Below, in pieces: positions 1 through 12,230 of a DNA stretch of 64,000 nt (within the stretch, counting starts at the first letter, position 1; each line of letters opens with the position of its first letter). Below the pieces are notes generated by a model that saw only the letters and a program-made list of their open reading frames with translations, was not told the origin of the DNA and made no database searches. This DNA comes from Bilabrum cf. latius. Lineage: Eukaryota. The stretch is from positions 620,001 through 684,000 of the forward strand of contig OZ237753.1 in NCBI GenBank assembly GCA_965178125.1. The letters run 5' to 3'. Position numbers and translations under genes: made by a program.

Positions 1-55
1 GTCGCCAAGATGGCCGCCACAAAAGCCACTCGTGCCAAACAGAATTACGGACCAA

Positions 56-1610
56 ATGGCAGCCGTGTTCGTGCCACTGCTTGACAATGAAACTCGTGCC
101 CCGGATGCCATTGCAGGCAAGACTGTCTCGTCTGTGGGCGGTACCAAAGGCTCTGGAGCGCCTCTTGTGCTCGTGACGGGCGCGACGGGCTTTCTCGGTA
201 GCTGGATCGTGCAAACGCTGCTGCATTCGGGATACTGTGTTCGAGGCACGGCCCGTTCGCTAAAAGATGAGAAGGTTGGATTTCTACGCGCACTTCCCTT
301 TGCGTCGGAACGGCTGGAACTCGTGACCGCAGATCTGCTTGACGGCGCATCTGTCTGGGACCTGATCGTTCGCGGCGCGGACTTCGTTCTTCACGTCGCC
401 AGCCCATTCTTCCTCGGCGATGACGAAGACAAGTGAGCAAATGCTTTGAATTCTGAAGCAATCTACGAGTTTGTGGAGCCGAGGGACATCGTACCAGGCA
501 AAAAGCACGACACTTGCACTTGCTCGAGAATCGACGTTGTGCCGGTCGTAACCAACAAAATGAATTCTCCGCGAGGTTGCGACCGCGGGAGTATCGCCGA
601 GATCCCGCACCGGTTTCAGCTTCTTTCCATTGGCGTGCACGCGTGCAAAAAAAAATCAAACGCAAACGAAACGCTAACTTGTAGCTAGTATCTGCCCTTC
701 TCGCAGGTTGATCAAGCCAGCAGTGAACGGCACGAGGTCCGTGCTGCTCGCCGCCAGGAAGGCACGCTCGGTCAAGCGGGTGGTGCTGACTGCGTCCACG
801 GCAACGGTCATGTACGGGCACGGCGACCTCAACGCCAAGCGGTGGGGCCCGGGAGACTTCTCTGACCCCGACGGTCCGGACATCGACGTGTACGCGAAAT
901 CCAAAACGCTGGCCGAGCGAGAGGCCTGGGCCATTGCTCGGGGGGACCAAGGCGAGCACGCCGCGCTGGGCGGGCCTGCCCCCTACACACTCACGACCAT
1001 GCACCCCGGCTTCATCACGGGCCCCGTCCTCGCCAAGCAGGGCACGTTCCAGTCCATGCAGGTGATGCAGCGCATCATGAGCGGCGCGTCGCTGATCCAC
1101 GCGGGCTTCAACTCGATCGATGTGCGGGACGCGGCACTGGCTCACGTGCTCGCTCTTACGGCACCAAAGGCGCCGGGAAAGCGCCTGATCCTCTCCCACA
1201 GCGCCGTGCCCATCGCCGCCATCCAGGACAGGCTGTCTAGGCGATTCAACCCGTTCGGATTCAACGTGTCCACGAGCCAGATCTCCACCTGGGTGCTCGT
1301 GCTCGCCTCGTGCGTCTCGAGGGAGGCGGCTCGGGCGGCGGCCAGGGCAGGTAAGTACCCGCAGCTGGACGCGAGCGAGACCCTGGATATTCTCGGCATG
1401 CGGTTCAGCGACCAGTTGAGCTCCTACGAGGACATGGCCCTGGCTGCCATCGCGCACGGGTACATCGACGATCCGTCCGAGGGCGGGGCGCTGTCCGGGC
1501 CGGTGGCTGGGCTGGCCGTGCCGTTCGTGCCTCCGTTGGCGCGCGGGCGGCTGCCGACAGAGGCTGCGGCGGGCGGGGCTGCGTCTCAATCCGCGGCGCA
1601 CTCCATTTGA
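56..1610 (+). CDS. Extended SDR / NAD(P)-dependent epimerase-dehydratase family (aldehyde reductase / dihydroflavonol-reductase-like); 2 exons (56-432, 707-1610)
   Basis: VLVTGATGFLG Rossmann motif, HVASPF, LIKPAVNGT, RVVLTAS, catalytic YAKSK, IDVRDAALAH. GT..AG intron 433-706 joins exons in frame (DK|LIKP). Ends TGA. Confidence 0.9.
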
Positions 1611-1702
1611 TCCCAGGTGGCTGTGGATCTATCGCGGGCCAAGTCTCGTACGGCTCCGCCTTGCTTGCGTCCATACAATGATGCAGCCCAATACATCCCC
1701 AG

Positions 1703-2055
1703 CTACTAGCTTGCAGGTGCCTCACGTGTCCCCAGTCGCATCTACTAGCTTGCAGATGCCTCACGTGTCCCCAGTCGCATCTACTAGCTTGCAGGTGCCT
1801 CACGTGTCCCCAGTCGCATCTACTAGCTTGCAGGTGCCTCACGTATCCCCAGTCGCATCTACTAGCTTGCAGATGCCTCACGTGTCTCCAGTCGCATCTA
1901 CTAGCTTGCAGATGCCTCACGTGTCCCCAGTCGCATCTACTAGCTTGCAGGTGCCTCACGTATCCCCAGTCGCATCTACTAGCTTGCAGATGCCTCACGT
2001 GTCCCCAGTCGCATCTACTAGCTTGCAGGTGCCTCACGTGTCCCCAGTCGCATCT
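1703..2055. repeat. Minisatellite, 39-bp unit x about 9 (CTACTAGCTTGCAGRTGCCTCACGTRTCCCCAGTCGCAT)
   Basis: Direct tandem copies with period 39 (1703, 1742, ...). No unique spacers. The unit contains the minus-strand stop codon of the adjacent LRR gene. Confidence 0.97.
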
Positions 2056-4250
2056 TTGATGGCATCTTCCAGCAGCCGCACGCACTCTGCATGCTCTCCT
2101 GCCCGCGCGGCCTCCAGTGCCACGGACATCCAGCCCGCGCCCGCCTCCGGCGAAACAGCTCCCGTGCCGCTGCTCGCCCCGGCACCACCACTTCTTCTTC
2201 TTGTCACCGCGTGCGTCACTAGCCTGCCCAGCCTCAGTCGCTTGGCCAGCTCCAGCGGCCTGCCCTCCCTCGCCGCCTGCACCGCGATGGCTGCGTCTCC
2301 GTGACTCCTCCACGCGTGCCTCCACCCCGCGACGGCGGCCTTCCTGACCCGCCCCCTGGCGTCCTGCAGGCGACCCCACCTCTTCGACAGCTTTTCCCAC
2401 CCTGCAACCTCGTTCTACCGCGTAGTTCGGACCAACGTTTCGATCCCCGCGTGCAGCAAGTGGGCGCTGGCGTCCTTCCAGGGATAGGACGATGGCAGCC
2501 GGCTCATCCCGGATGGCAGCGCGTGCTGGGTGCCGGGCATGTAGAGGTCGCCGTCGTCGTCTGCTTCTCGACTGCAAAACACGTGCTTGTCCGGCTCGGC
2601 GCATTCGCACAGGCTGTCCACTAGGATGCACATGCCCTCGAGCAAATCCTCGGACGCGGAAGGACCTCCAAAAAGGCCACCGGCGACGCCCTTGGAACCC
2701 GTGGCGGCTCGTAGTAGTGGCGGTGGACTCGAAAGCACACCCGGGTGAGCACAGGCCGTAGTGGCACCGGCACGGGCACCCGCAACGAGCGCTGCCACCG
2801 CTGCTGCGGACCGCTCGATCTCAGTGAGTAACAGATGTTTGTCTTCTCCTCCCCTTCCTCCATGCACCGTGACATACTGAGCCCACCGCAGCCGGCAAGC
2901 GCACGTCCCTAGGACCCTCCAGTCCAGGCTCGCACCCTCCTCCTCCTCCTCCTCCTCCTCCTCCTCCTCCTCCTCCTCCTCCTCCTCCTCCTCCTCCTCC
3001 TCCTCCTCCTCCTCCTTATTCTCCTCCTTATTCTCGGCAAGCAGGGTCCTCAGCTCCTCGATGCGATCAAATTCCTCGATCCGGGCATACATGCTCTTTG
3101 CCGCACCGGATGTGCCGCCGCTGCTGCCCTCAAGGACCGGCGGTGCCTCTGAGGCCGCACCACGGCCGCGGCCCAACCGACTGGACTCACCCGCGCTCGC
3201 GGGACCTTCACCGCCGTCGCGAAGCCGCACGCGCAGGGCCATGTGGTCGGCAAACACCCAGTCGGACAGGCACAGATTAAACGTGTACACGTTCTTGTTC
3301 AAGTCTAGCGCCGATTGCCCCCCGCTTCCGCCCACGTCCCATTCGTAGACCCCACCACACGTCAGGAACGGGTGGCCGATTTCGCTGATCACCCGAAGGG
3401 CGGGCCCAACAACCCTGCTGTCCTCCACATCCTCTCCAAGAAGCAAAATGTGCTTGAGAGACTTGCACCGAGACGCGGCCCGAACCACTGCCGCGACCGA
3501 GGCTTGGAACGCATCGCTGACTGCCGCAGCCTCTGGCAGGATCGACAGCGCCTAGAGGCAGCAGTTCCCCTCCAGTCCGAATTCCAGAGCATCAACGATG
3601 CGATCACGGTCCCCCGTAGATGTGCTCTCCATGGCTAGCTGGAACGGGTCGCGAAACAGATCCAGCACCCTGAACGTGTCGTTGCCGCGCAGCGCTCGCA
3701 GGAGCTCGACTGCTTCCGGCACACCGATGTGGCAATCTGTTGCTTGCAACTCACACAGCCGGCTCCCAGCGCCCACGATGCGCCGCCAGTCAGAGAGCTG
3801 GCCTGTTTCGGTGAGCGAGAACGCGATGCTTCGCAGGCAACTCGTCGAGTCCTCCAGCACGGCAGCGAGTTCACGCAAAAGGCTTTTATCTCCGTGCATC
3901 GTATGCAGGCACTCGATCGTTTGCTCTGTATTTTCGACGATTTGTTGCAGTATCTCCTCGGAGTGGGGCATGCGCGCTCCTGGACCAAAGCGCAGCGTTC
4001 GGATCCTGCTGGCTTCGCGGACTACCACAAGCGGGGCGTCTGCAACGAACTCGTTCTGGGCATACAATACGTCAAGCACTTCCAAAGCAGTGCATTTCTC
4101 CACGATACGCTGCAGGCAGTCAGACACAGCCTCCTTGGGAACGTCGGAAGGAATATTCCGCAGGCCAAGGCATTGTACAACGCCCCCTCGGCAGCACGCT
4201 TCCAACTCGGATTCCCAACCAGACCACGATAGCTACTGACTCAACAACAT
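2034..4250 (-). CDS. Leucine-rich-repeat (RNI-like) protein with poly-Glu tract and shared C-terminal module; about 738 aa with TAG=Gln
   Basis: ORFs 3552-4205, 2415-3488 and 2034-2282 are one frame joined only by TAG codons; ATG at 4250. LRR-like segments (CTALEVLDV, LCELQATDCHIG, LRGNDTFRVLDL, CKSLKHILL). Ends TGA. Confidence 0.75.
2936..3015 (-). repeat. (GAG)n trinucleotide tract encoding poly-Glu in the LRR gene
   Basis: Uninterrupted TCC repeats on the + strand. Confidence 0.95.
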
Positions 4251-4388
4251 GCACCGTTTCGTAACCTGAGCACTTCGCAAAAAGAGCAAAATGTGGGAGA
4301 CTCCGAGTCCCGGGCCAGCGGCGCCGCACCATCAGGAACCAGCAACATCGCCCCCCCCAAAAAAAAATATCCCGCTCGAAGCCCGAAT

Positions 4389-6989
4389 TTACTGCACGGT
4401 CCAGCCCGTCGTCCCCGGCCCGCCGCTGCAGTGCTGCAGCGTCACCGGCGCGCCCGTCCCGCTCGCGGCGTCCACCGCCGACTCGTCGTACCCCAGGCAC
4501 ATCCCCGGGCACTCGGTCATCTGCAGCTGCTTGGCGCCCGCGTCGTACTTGAAGTGGTCCGCCGTGTGGATCCTCGAGTCGTCGCCCTGGCAGGCGTACA
4601 GGTGGATGGGCTGCCCCGCGTCGCAGATGACGTTCTCCAGGTTGAGGCACAGCCCGTCCGAGGAGCTCTTCACCTGCCCGTGGCCCAGCTTGTCGGTGCC
4701 AATCACCCACGCGTCGCTGGGGGCGTAGCACGACGAGGAGGGCGCGGCGCTCACCATGGCGTTGCCCACCGCCTCGAGGCACACGGCACCGGCACCCCCT
4801 CCCCCAGAGCCGTCCCTCGTGATCTTCTGCGAGCCCGCGGGCATGGGAGGCGGCCACAGGCCGTGGGGGTCCCTGCACTCGTCTGCGCCCTTGCACGACA
4901 TAAAGTTCCTCAGGCGGCCCGCGAGCGCCTCCATCCTGTCCTTGTCTGTGGATCCCGCCACGTTCTGCGTGTTCCAGGGGTCCTTGTCCAGGTCATAGTA
5001 CTCCACGAAGGACTCGTCGTCGTTGTACTGGCAGTAGATGTAGTTGCCGGGAATCGCGTGCGTTCTCGAGTCGCCCGGCGGGGTCATGGAGCGCACGCAG
5101 GCGTACGTGTTGTTGCTGGCGTCGCAGGGGCACTTGCCCCTCTCCCCGCCGCACATGGTCACACCGGGGATGCTCGTCGGGTAGTCGTCGTCGCTAGCAC
5201 CCCCCACGACGATCTGCTGCCAGGCATCGAGCAGCCCCAGGTCCAGCAGCACCTCGTCCAGCTCGTCCATCCCCTCGGAGTGGCCGTCGACCCCGCCCCC
5301 GAAGGCCTCCAGCGCGCCGCCGCCGTACTCCCTGGCCTGCTCTAGCACGCTGGCCTCGTCGTTGCGGCGGTCCAGCCGCAGCTGCAGCGCCATGGCGATC
5401 CGCTCCGCCTGGTCCCCCTCGGTGTCCAGGTGCACGGCGGCGCGGAGCAGGGGCTCGTAGGTGGCGGGGTCGAAGCGGTCCTTCAGCGCCGAGGCGGTGC
5501 CGTTGCCGCTGCCATTCTCCAGAGCGGGGAACTCCCGGGCCCACCGCCTGGCCGCGGCGATGGCCCGGCCCAGCCGGCGCTGCTCCGGAGTGGCGGCGGC
5601 GTCCGCGGGCGGCACGATGGTGGGTCCGCCGTACTCGACTAGCACGTCCGTCCTATAGGCCCAGTCCTGCTCGTTGCCTTGGACGAGGGGAAGCCAGGAC
5701 ATGCCGTCCACCAGCTTGGTGGGGTTGGGGTCCACCCCAAACATGTCCAGGATGGTCGGTGCGAAGTCGATCGAGGAGATGATCTCGTCGCGCTCCTGCC
5801 CCGCGGCGATCCCCGGGCCCCGCACCCAGGTGGGAATCCGCACGTCCGTCTCGTAGGCTTGCCTCTTGTCGAAGGCCTCGCCGAACTCGCCCAGGTGCTG
5901 CCCGTGGTCCGACCCGAAGATCACGTACGTGTCGTTGAGGATCCCCTCGGTCTCGAGCGTGGCGATCACCTCTTGCACCAGGTCGTCCACGCTCTGCAGC
6001 GCCCTCCAGCGGTCGGCGAAGGTTCCGTCCGACACGTAGCTCGCGTAGTGTTCCCCCATGGGAGGGATCTGCCGCATCATCCAGTGCTTGTCCGGGGAGG
6101 GGGCCTTGTTCCACGAGGGCACCCGGGGGGCCGTCACGTTGGGGAACTTGTCGCAGTACTGCGGGGCGCAGACGTTGGGAACGTGGGGCGCGGGGGTGGC
6201 GGCCATGGCCAGAAAGGGGATGCCCTCCCTGGCTGCCTTGGCCGAAGCGCGGATGAACTCGACCGTCTGGTTCTTGACGAGGTCCGTGAAGTAGTCCTTG
6301 TGGTAGTCGGAGCCGTGCGAGACCTTCTGCCCGTTCACGCACTGCTCGTAGTTGTAATAACGACTATTTCCGACCAATCCGTAGAATTTTTTCCAACCCG
6401 GCGGCTTATACGCGCACCCGCCGACGGTAGCGAATCCAAAAGTGTTCAAATATTTGCCGCTATATCCTGCATTAAACCCCCCCGGCAGCTGCCTGCTCGC
6501 CATGGACGCCATGTTGTCCTTCTCGGCGCCCTTCTGGAACGCCGTGCCCCCGCACGAGTTGTCGATGACCCCGTTGTTGGTCATCGTGCGGCCAGTCTGG
6601 ATCGCGGCCCTTGATGGGCAGCAGATCGGGACGTGAATGAAGGAGTTGTTGAACCGGGCCCCCTTGGAGATCAGGTTCGCGTGGGCCTTGGGCATGACCA
6701 CCTCGGTCCCCGCCCCCAGAACTTCATCCCTGCGATGCAATGGCTCCAAACGTATTGGATCGCGTGCATCTTGCGGCTCTGCTACTAATTTAATATCATT
6801 GATGGTTGCAGATCAAGGAAACCAAACATGATTGACCGCTCTGTCGCACAGTTGCAGTACGAATGAATGGCAGACCCGGGACTACTAACGATCTCACATG
6901 TCATCTGTCAGGATAAATACGACATTGGAAGCTGCAGCTGACAGAATGAGTAATAGTCCAGCTGCCACAGAAGCCAATCTGCCGCGCAT
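4389..6989 (-). CDS. Secreted formylglycine-dependent sulfatase, N-acetylglucosamine-6-sulfatase-like, with C-terminal ricin-B/CBM13-like lectin domain; 2 exons (6989-6898, 6729-4389)
   Basis: Signal peptide MRGRLASVAAGLLLILSAAA; NVVFILTDDM|D across GT..AG intron 6897-6730; CCPSR signature, GKYLN, APHVP, SDHG, KRQAYETDVRIP, EYYDLDKDPW; Cys-patterned ricin-like tail. Ends TAA. Confidence 0.92.
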
Positions 6990-7084
6990 AACACGCGTCA
7001 CGATGTTTCTACCCTCGACGCGTCGTCGCGCGGGGTGCTTTCGAAAATCGGATCGCCCTACAAAGCGCACCTTATCACCAGGGA
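6486..7084. repeat. Inverted-repeat arm A (sulfatase upstream region, exon 1, intron and start of exon 2); partner at 17590-18196
   Basis: Reverse complement of 17590-18196 matches with few substitutions and one 9-nt indel. Confidence 0.93.
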
Positions 7085-7128
7085 CCTGTCAGCCGACGAA
7101 AGGACGGAATGCTTTCGGGCCAGGAGCC

Positions 7129-8204
7129 ATGGTGACTACAGCGGCAATGCAGGAGTACGGTCATCAAGGAAGACGAATCCTGCGCATTCGAGCTGGACAA
7201 TATCCACAACAGGGAACGCCCAACCTCCAGGTAATGGGCACCGCGGTAGAGCAGATGGAGCGAGCTGAGCATGAGCGTCACGCCGAAACGAAGCCGTGGA
7301 CACCTGATGCCGGGGATCAGAATAGAGGGAGGTCGCCCGCCTCTCTTCGGAAGGCATGGGCGAAGACAGCTCTCGCCCTGGATCCCTGGGACGAGAAGCT
7401 GGAGCACACCAACAGGGCCAAACCAATCGTCGAAGGCGCGCTCATTCGGATAGAGCGCACGATTGCACGGTCCTCGGAACGTACAGCTGTCAAGGTGCTG
7501 GCTAACCGAGTGGTGCAGGTGCTCCGAAACCAGCTGCGCCAGCAGGAGCAGCTGACATGCAGGCAGTGGATGCGTGGTGATGCGGCGGCTGCCTTAGCCG
7601 CCACGGCCACGCAGGAGCTGATAGCGGCAACCAATGCAAACGCCCGACTACAGCGACGGGTTTTCAAGCCCCACGGCCTGCTAAAGGATATAGAGAGGCA
7701 ATGGGCCAAAGGCATGAGCGCGTGCATGCTCGCCTCTCTGAAGGATCGTGAGACGCAGAGACGGTCGTGGAGGAGGAAATGGTGGGTCTCGACCGGGGAC
7801 CCTGATGTGGGACTGGACCGCGCCTTGTGCCGGGCACACGCTCCGCACCTGTATGCTTTCTCCTTGTGAAGGCAACAGGCTGGGGGCCTGTGGGGGACCA
7901 CACTGATGGCGAAGAATGGGAACTCGGCGGCATAGGCTGAGAACGGGGGGCCTTTGGCCTGAAAGGGTCGGAGGTCTTGTAGTCCTTTGTTTTAGGGCTC
8001 CTCTGGATCTAGGTGATCACCCAAACCCCCTCGGGGCGACGGTGCATCTGGGTGCTTACGGAATCTTTACCCAACAATGTATTTCTGTATTTCGACAAGC
8101 GAGGCGCGCACATCCGGAGAGTATCTTGTGATCCAAATGGGTCTGATGAAGAAACCATGTACGAAAGCACCGTGATACAAAAGCCAGACATCATTGACAG
8201 CTAG
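7129..8204 (+). pseudogene. Hypothetical or degenerate coding region of unknown family
   Basis: About 246-codon open frame from ATG 7129 to TGA 7869, followed by protein-like text in another frame with a TGA at 7938. No recognisable motif. Confidence 0.3.
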
Positions 8205-8266
8205 ACACAGACACATGGCTGGAATCTCACGTCCACGAGGGCAAACACTCTGCCTCGCGCACGGCC

Positions 8267-11200
8267 TCACCTGCCCCCGCTAGCAGCTTCGCCCCCCTTG
8301 CTCACCCGGTAGGTCATCTCGTGCCTCTTGCTGCCCTTGCCCTCGGTCCTCCTCCACCCCGCCGCATCGAACACGGCCCCGATCGTGCGGCGGGCACCTC
8401 CTTTTTCGCCGGCGGCACCCTCCGACGGCGGCACCCCAGCGGCCCCGAACCTCATCTCCAGCCCCTGCGCGAGTCTCCGCTGCACCTTGGCGGCCCTCTT
8501 GTCCTCCTTGAGCGAGCCCAGGTCGCCGTGGGGGGGCAGAGGGGCCCCCTCTTTGGCCACCCTCTCGTAGACCTCCTCGCAACCGGGGGCCAGCAGCTGC
8601 GCCGCGAGCTTCTTGCACACGTGCTTGCGGAACGTCTTGACGCTGTGCGTCCACTTGAGGCGCATGGCCATCCTCAAGCTGGGCAGGGCGCTGCCGCTGC
8701 AAGGGCGAGCGTACAGCAGCACATTCTCGTGCGAGATGGGCTCTTCTTCGGTAGCCTCGGCAGCCCTTCCCGTTGCTGCCCCTGGCCCTGGCCCTGGTTC
8801 TGCACCTGGTGCATTAGCGTCACCCGCCTGGCACGCGAGAGCCTTCACCACGAGCCGTGCGGCAAGCATGCCGCTGCCCACAGCCACCCTTGCGCGGGTT
8901 GCAACGTCTAACACAGCCGCGTCTCCGGCGCCCTTTAACCCGAGTGCCATCCACGTGACGATATCTGGGTCTCTGTCGGTCTAACCAGCCGATCCCCGAG
9001 CTTTCACAGCAAGGTCGATGCCCAGGGCGGCCTCCATGCCGCTTACAATCTGCGCCGCGAGTCGCGCGCCCCGACCTCCGGCGGAAGAGCCAGCCACAGA
9101 TCCCGCTGATTCAGGATCGCTGATGCTTTGAAGTCTCGCCATTGCTTCGCCGAGCTTCTCGACAGACTGCAGGTGCGGCCCCCCGAGACACAAGGCAGAG
9201 CTGACGTCGCCGACTGCCAACGCGTCCAGTATCCGCTGCAGGATGTCCTTCCGCTTCAGCTGCTTTGTGACGAGACACCGCTGCTGCTTTGGCACGCCTC
9301 CTCCGCCGGGCTTGCTAGCCCCAGACTCATTGAACATGCGCACTGCATACGCTGCTGCCTCCCGCAGCTGGCCGTGCGTGGCACTGCCCGGCTCGACGCC
9401 GCCGGCACCCACCAGCTGCACGAGGGCGTGCAAGGACGCAAACCGCCTTACGGCAAGGTTGCTGTGAACAGCAGCCTCGGGGTGAAGCAAGCCGTACAGC
9501 CCCTAGTCCTGGTCGATGGGAGTGGAGATGTGCTTCCACTCTACCGAGGTCGATGGGAGCCGCGCTGAGGATGATGATGATGAAGTCGGGACAGTCACGG
9601 CTTGCTGCAGCAGCACCCCGCGCCTGGCTGAATCCACAAGCACCGCTGTCCTTTGCTCCTCTAACGCAGAGGCGGCTGGCACTGCCTCGCCCTCGCCACT
9701 CCTCCTCTTCTTGGCGGGTGCCGGTACCGCATCCTCGTTCTCGTCTCGCGGACGCTGGGGGGCGGTGGCGCGCTTGCGGCCATGCCGAGCACGACCCCCC
9801 TCAGCGGCTGGGTCCATCGGCACCTAGCCCGCCGAGCCTAGCTGCGACCTCCCTCGACCGCCGGCTGCTGCAGCAGGTGGGGCTGCCCGAGACGCCGGCT
9901 CCTGCAGCAGGAAGGCATGGGAGCCACGGGCGACCACCACTTCGATGTCGACGACGCCATCCGTGCCGTCTGGCACGGCACGGTCTTCGATTTCCTCGCG
10001 GGGAGCTTTGCCTGCCCCACTATTGGCGTCGGGTAGTGATGAAGCTGCCGCTGCGCCGGTACTCGCGGTCGTAGCTTGTCTCCGGTGCAATCCGCGTGCC
10101 TCCCCCTCCCCCTCCTCCTCCTCCTCCTCCTCCTCCTCCTCCTCCTCTTCCTCCTCCTCGATCGCATGGCTGCGCCGCTGCAACGACCTCTTCTGCTTTT
10201 GGCCCCGCGCGAGGATACCTGCGCGGCCGTAATTGCGCTGCATGGCCTCCCTCCCGAGCCGGGTCACGTCCTTGATCGCGTCCTTGCGGATGCCGGCGCC
10301 GCCTGGCTGTGATGGCCCGGCTGCAGCTGGCCCGCCGAGGATCATGCCGTCTGCAACCACGCCGCCAGAGCTAGGAAGCCTCGTCCCATCCGCAGCATGC
10401 CCTATATTTCCCGCCGTTCCAACCCCGAGCGATTCGTTGCCAAGACGAAACTGCTCGCCCTTGCCCTCAACTGCCCGGCCTATCGACCTGATTGACGCAT
10501 TGGTTGCCGCCGCCGCGGGCCCGCCCGCTGAAGAGGACCACCCGCGGGCCGACCGGCTCCGGTGCCGGTCACTACCCTCGTCCTCCTCGTCCTCGACTTC
10601 GTCTTCATCCTCACTTCCCTCTTCGTCACCCCGTGAGAGCAGGAGGGCGGACCCGATCCCCATGTAGTCGCTGGTCGCACCCACACCAGCATCCGCTTCC
10701 GTGCTCATGGGAGCCTGCGAAGCAGATCCGCCAGCTCCACTCTGTGCACAAGCCACCTTCGTCATATGCTGGAGGCTAGCCACCTCGTCCTCGTCCTCAT
10801 CCTCGCTCCCGTCTTGATCTTCATACTCGCTCTCCTCATCTTCGTCCTCATCGACACACTCGCTCTCGTCCTCGTCACGCATGGCGACATGATGTGACTG
10901 CACGTTCCTCCTGAGAGCCTAACCCAGCGGGCTTTCTGGCTTCTTGGACCGGCTCTGGGACGAGCGTCTCCGCTTCCGACCGGATCCTAGGATGCCCCCG
11001 ACTCGGCCCAACCTCGCCCTTGTGGCCGCCCTCTTGGCTTGCAGGCGCTCCTTTGCAGAGATGTCAACGCCTGCTGCGTCTGCACCGGGGTCCCTCGTTG
11101 CCTCGCCGGCGGGCACTTCTTCGCCCGCCGCCGCCCCCGCCCATGCCGCCCCCGCCCATGCCGCCCCCGCGCTGCTGCTGCTGCCACTTGAGGCCTCGCC

Positions 11201-11560
11201 TGCTACGGCCCCGCCAGGGCTGGACATGCCCGTGCCGCTCCTTGCGGCAGGCGCACCCTTGTCAATTATCTCGACCCCGAACGGCGACGTCACCTCGTCA
11301 CCGCTGCTCGGGAGAGTGGGCGCAGGTGCCGAAGACTGCGGACCGCTTCCCACCGCACCTGCCCACCTGCCGACGTCGACAGATCCCCGTGCCGGGCCCT
11401 GCCGTGCGCGGCACCTGGCGGCGACACGTGCCTGGATTCGCCAGCTCGCTCGACGGTTGCGCTCCCCGCCACCGCCGGCCGCCGTGCGGGGTCGCGGGCC
11501 AGCGTCGCGCTCGTGCGCCCAACCTGCACACGCACGGAAAAGGGTGCAAATCTGGGGCAT
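8267..11560 (-). CDS. Large low-complexity hypothetical protein (acidic, Ala/Gly-rich); up to 1097 aa with TAG=Gln (start could be ATG 11227)
   Basis: Five consecutive ORFs (10919-11560, 9824-10903, 9503-9823, 8981-9490, 8267-8950) share one frame and are separated only by TAG. Ends TGA. Confidence 0.7.
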
Positions 11561-12192
11561 GCAGGGGTGCTCGCAACGTTCCGAGGCAATGAGCCGTGCA
11601 AATGATGGCAGGACTATAAGGAATAGAGCTCAGACGCTCCGCTCCGGCTGCCCATCGCCGCGAATGCCCCGGGTGCGAACGCCCACGACAGATGCTTTTG
11701 GGAAACCGATTGAGGACGGCCGGGAAGAGACAAGGGGCCGCGCGGCCTTGCCCGGCATCAGAGCGATTGCGATCGCAGATTGAAAAGGTTGCTGGCAGAG
11801 AGTCGGCATGGCAGCGTCGGATCTCGCGCAGGGCGGCTTGGGACCGGGAGATCGAGCCCTGCACAGGCGCTGCCAGTGAGGTCGCCAAACATTCAAAATC
11901 GCGGGACGCGCGCGCAGGGCTAGAGCCGCCGCCAGGCATCGAATTCAGATGCAATGGACACCCGAAAGAATCAACTCACACCAGTCATGCATGGGCCGGT
12001 TGGCCCTGACGATCGCTCGTGCGGCGGGGCTTGGCTGTCCATTGCTTGCTCGAAGCTTCGAGGTTTCGCTTGAAGGAAGAAAATTCGATCCAAACAGCTT
12101 GAAGGTCTCTGTCAGCAGCTCGTCCGTGGGCTGCAAAGTGTATGACAGTGCGGCCAGGCGAATCGATCCGTGCGATTTCGCAATCCGATAAA
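11364..12192. repeat. Inverted-repeat arm C (upstream/5' region of the 8267-11560 gene); partner at 14842-15707
   Basis: Reverse complement of 14842-15707 aligns, with more substitutions and indels than arm B. Confidence 0.9.
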
Positions 12193-12230
12193 GCCACCCC
12201 AAGCATGCCAGCGACCAACAGCCCCAAACG

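Noticed and set aside
1703-2055. 39-bp repeat array as a CRISPR array
   Set aside because: Units are contiguous with no unique spacers, no cas genes are present, and the context is eukaryotic.
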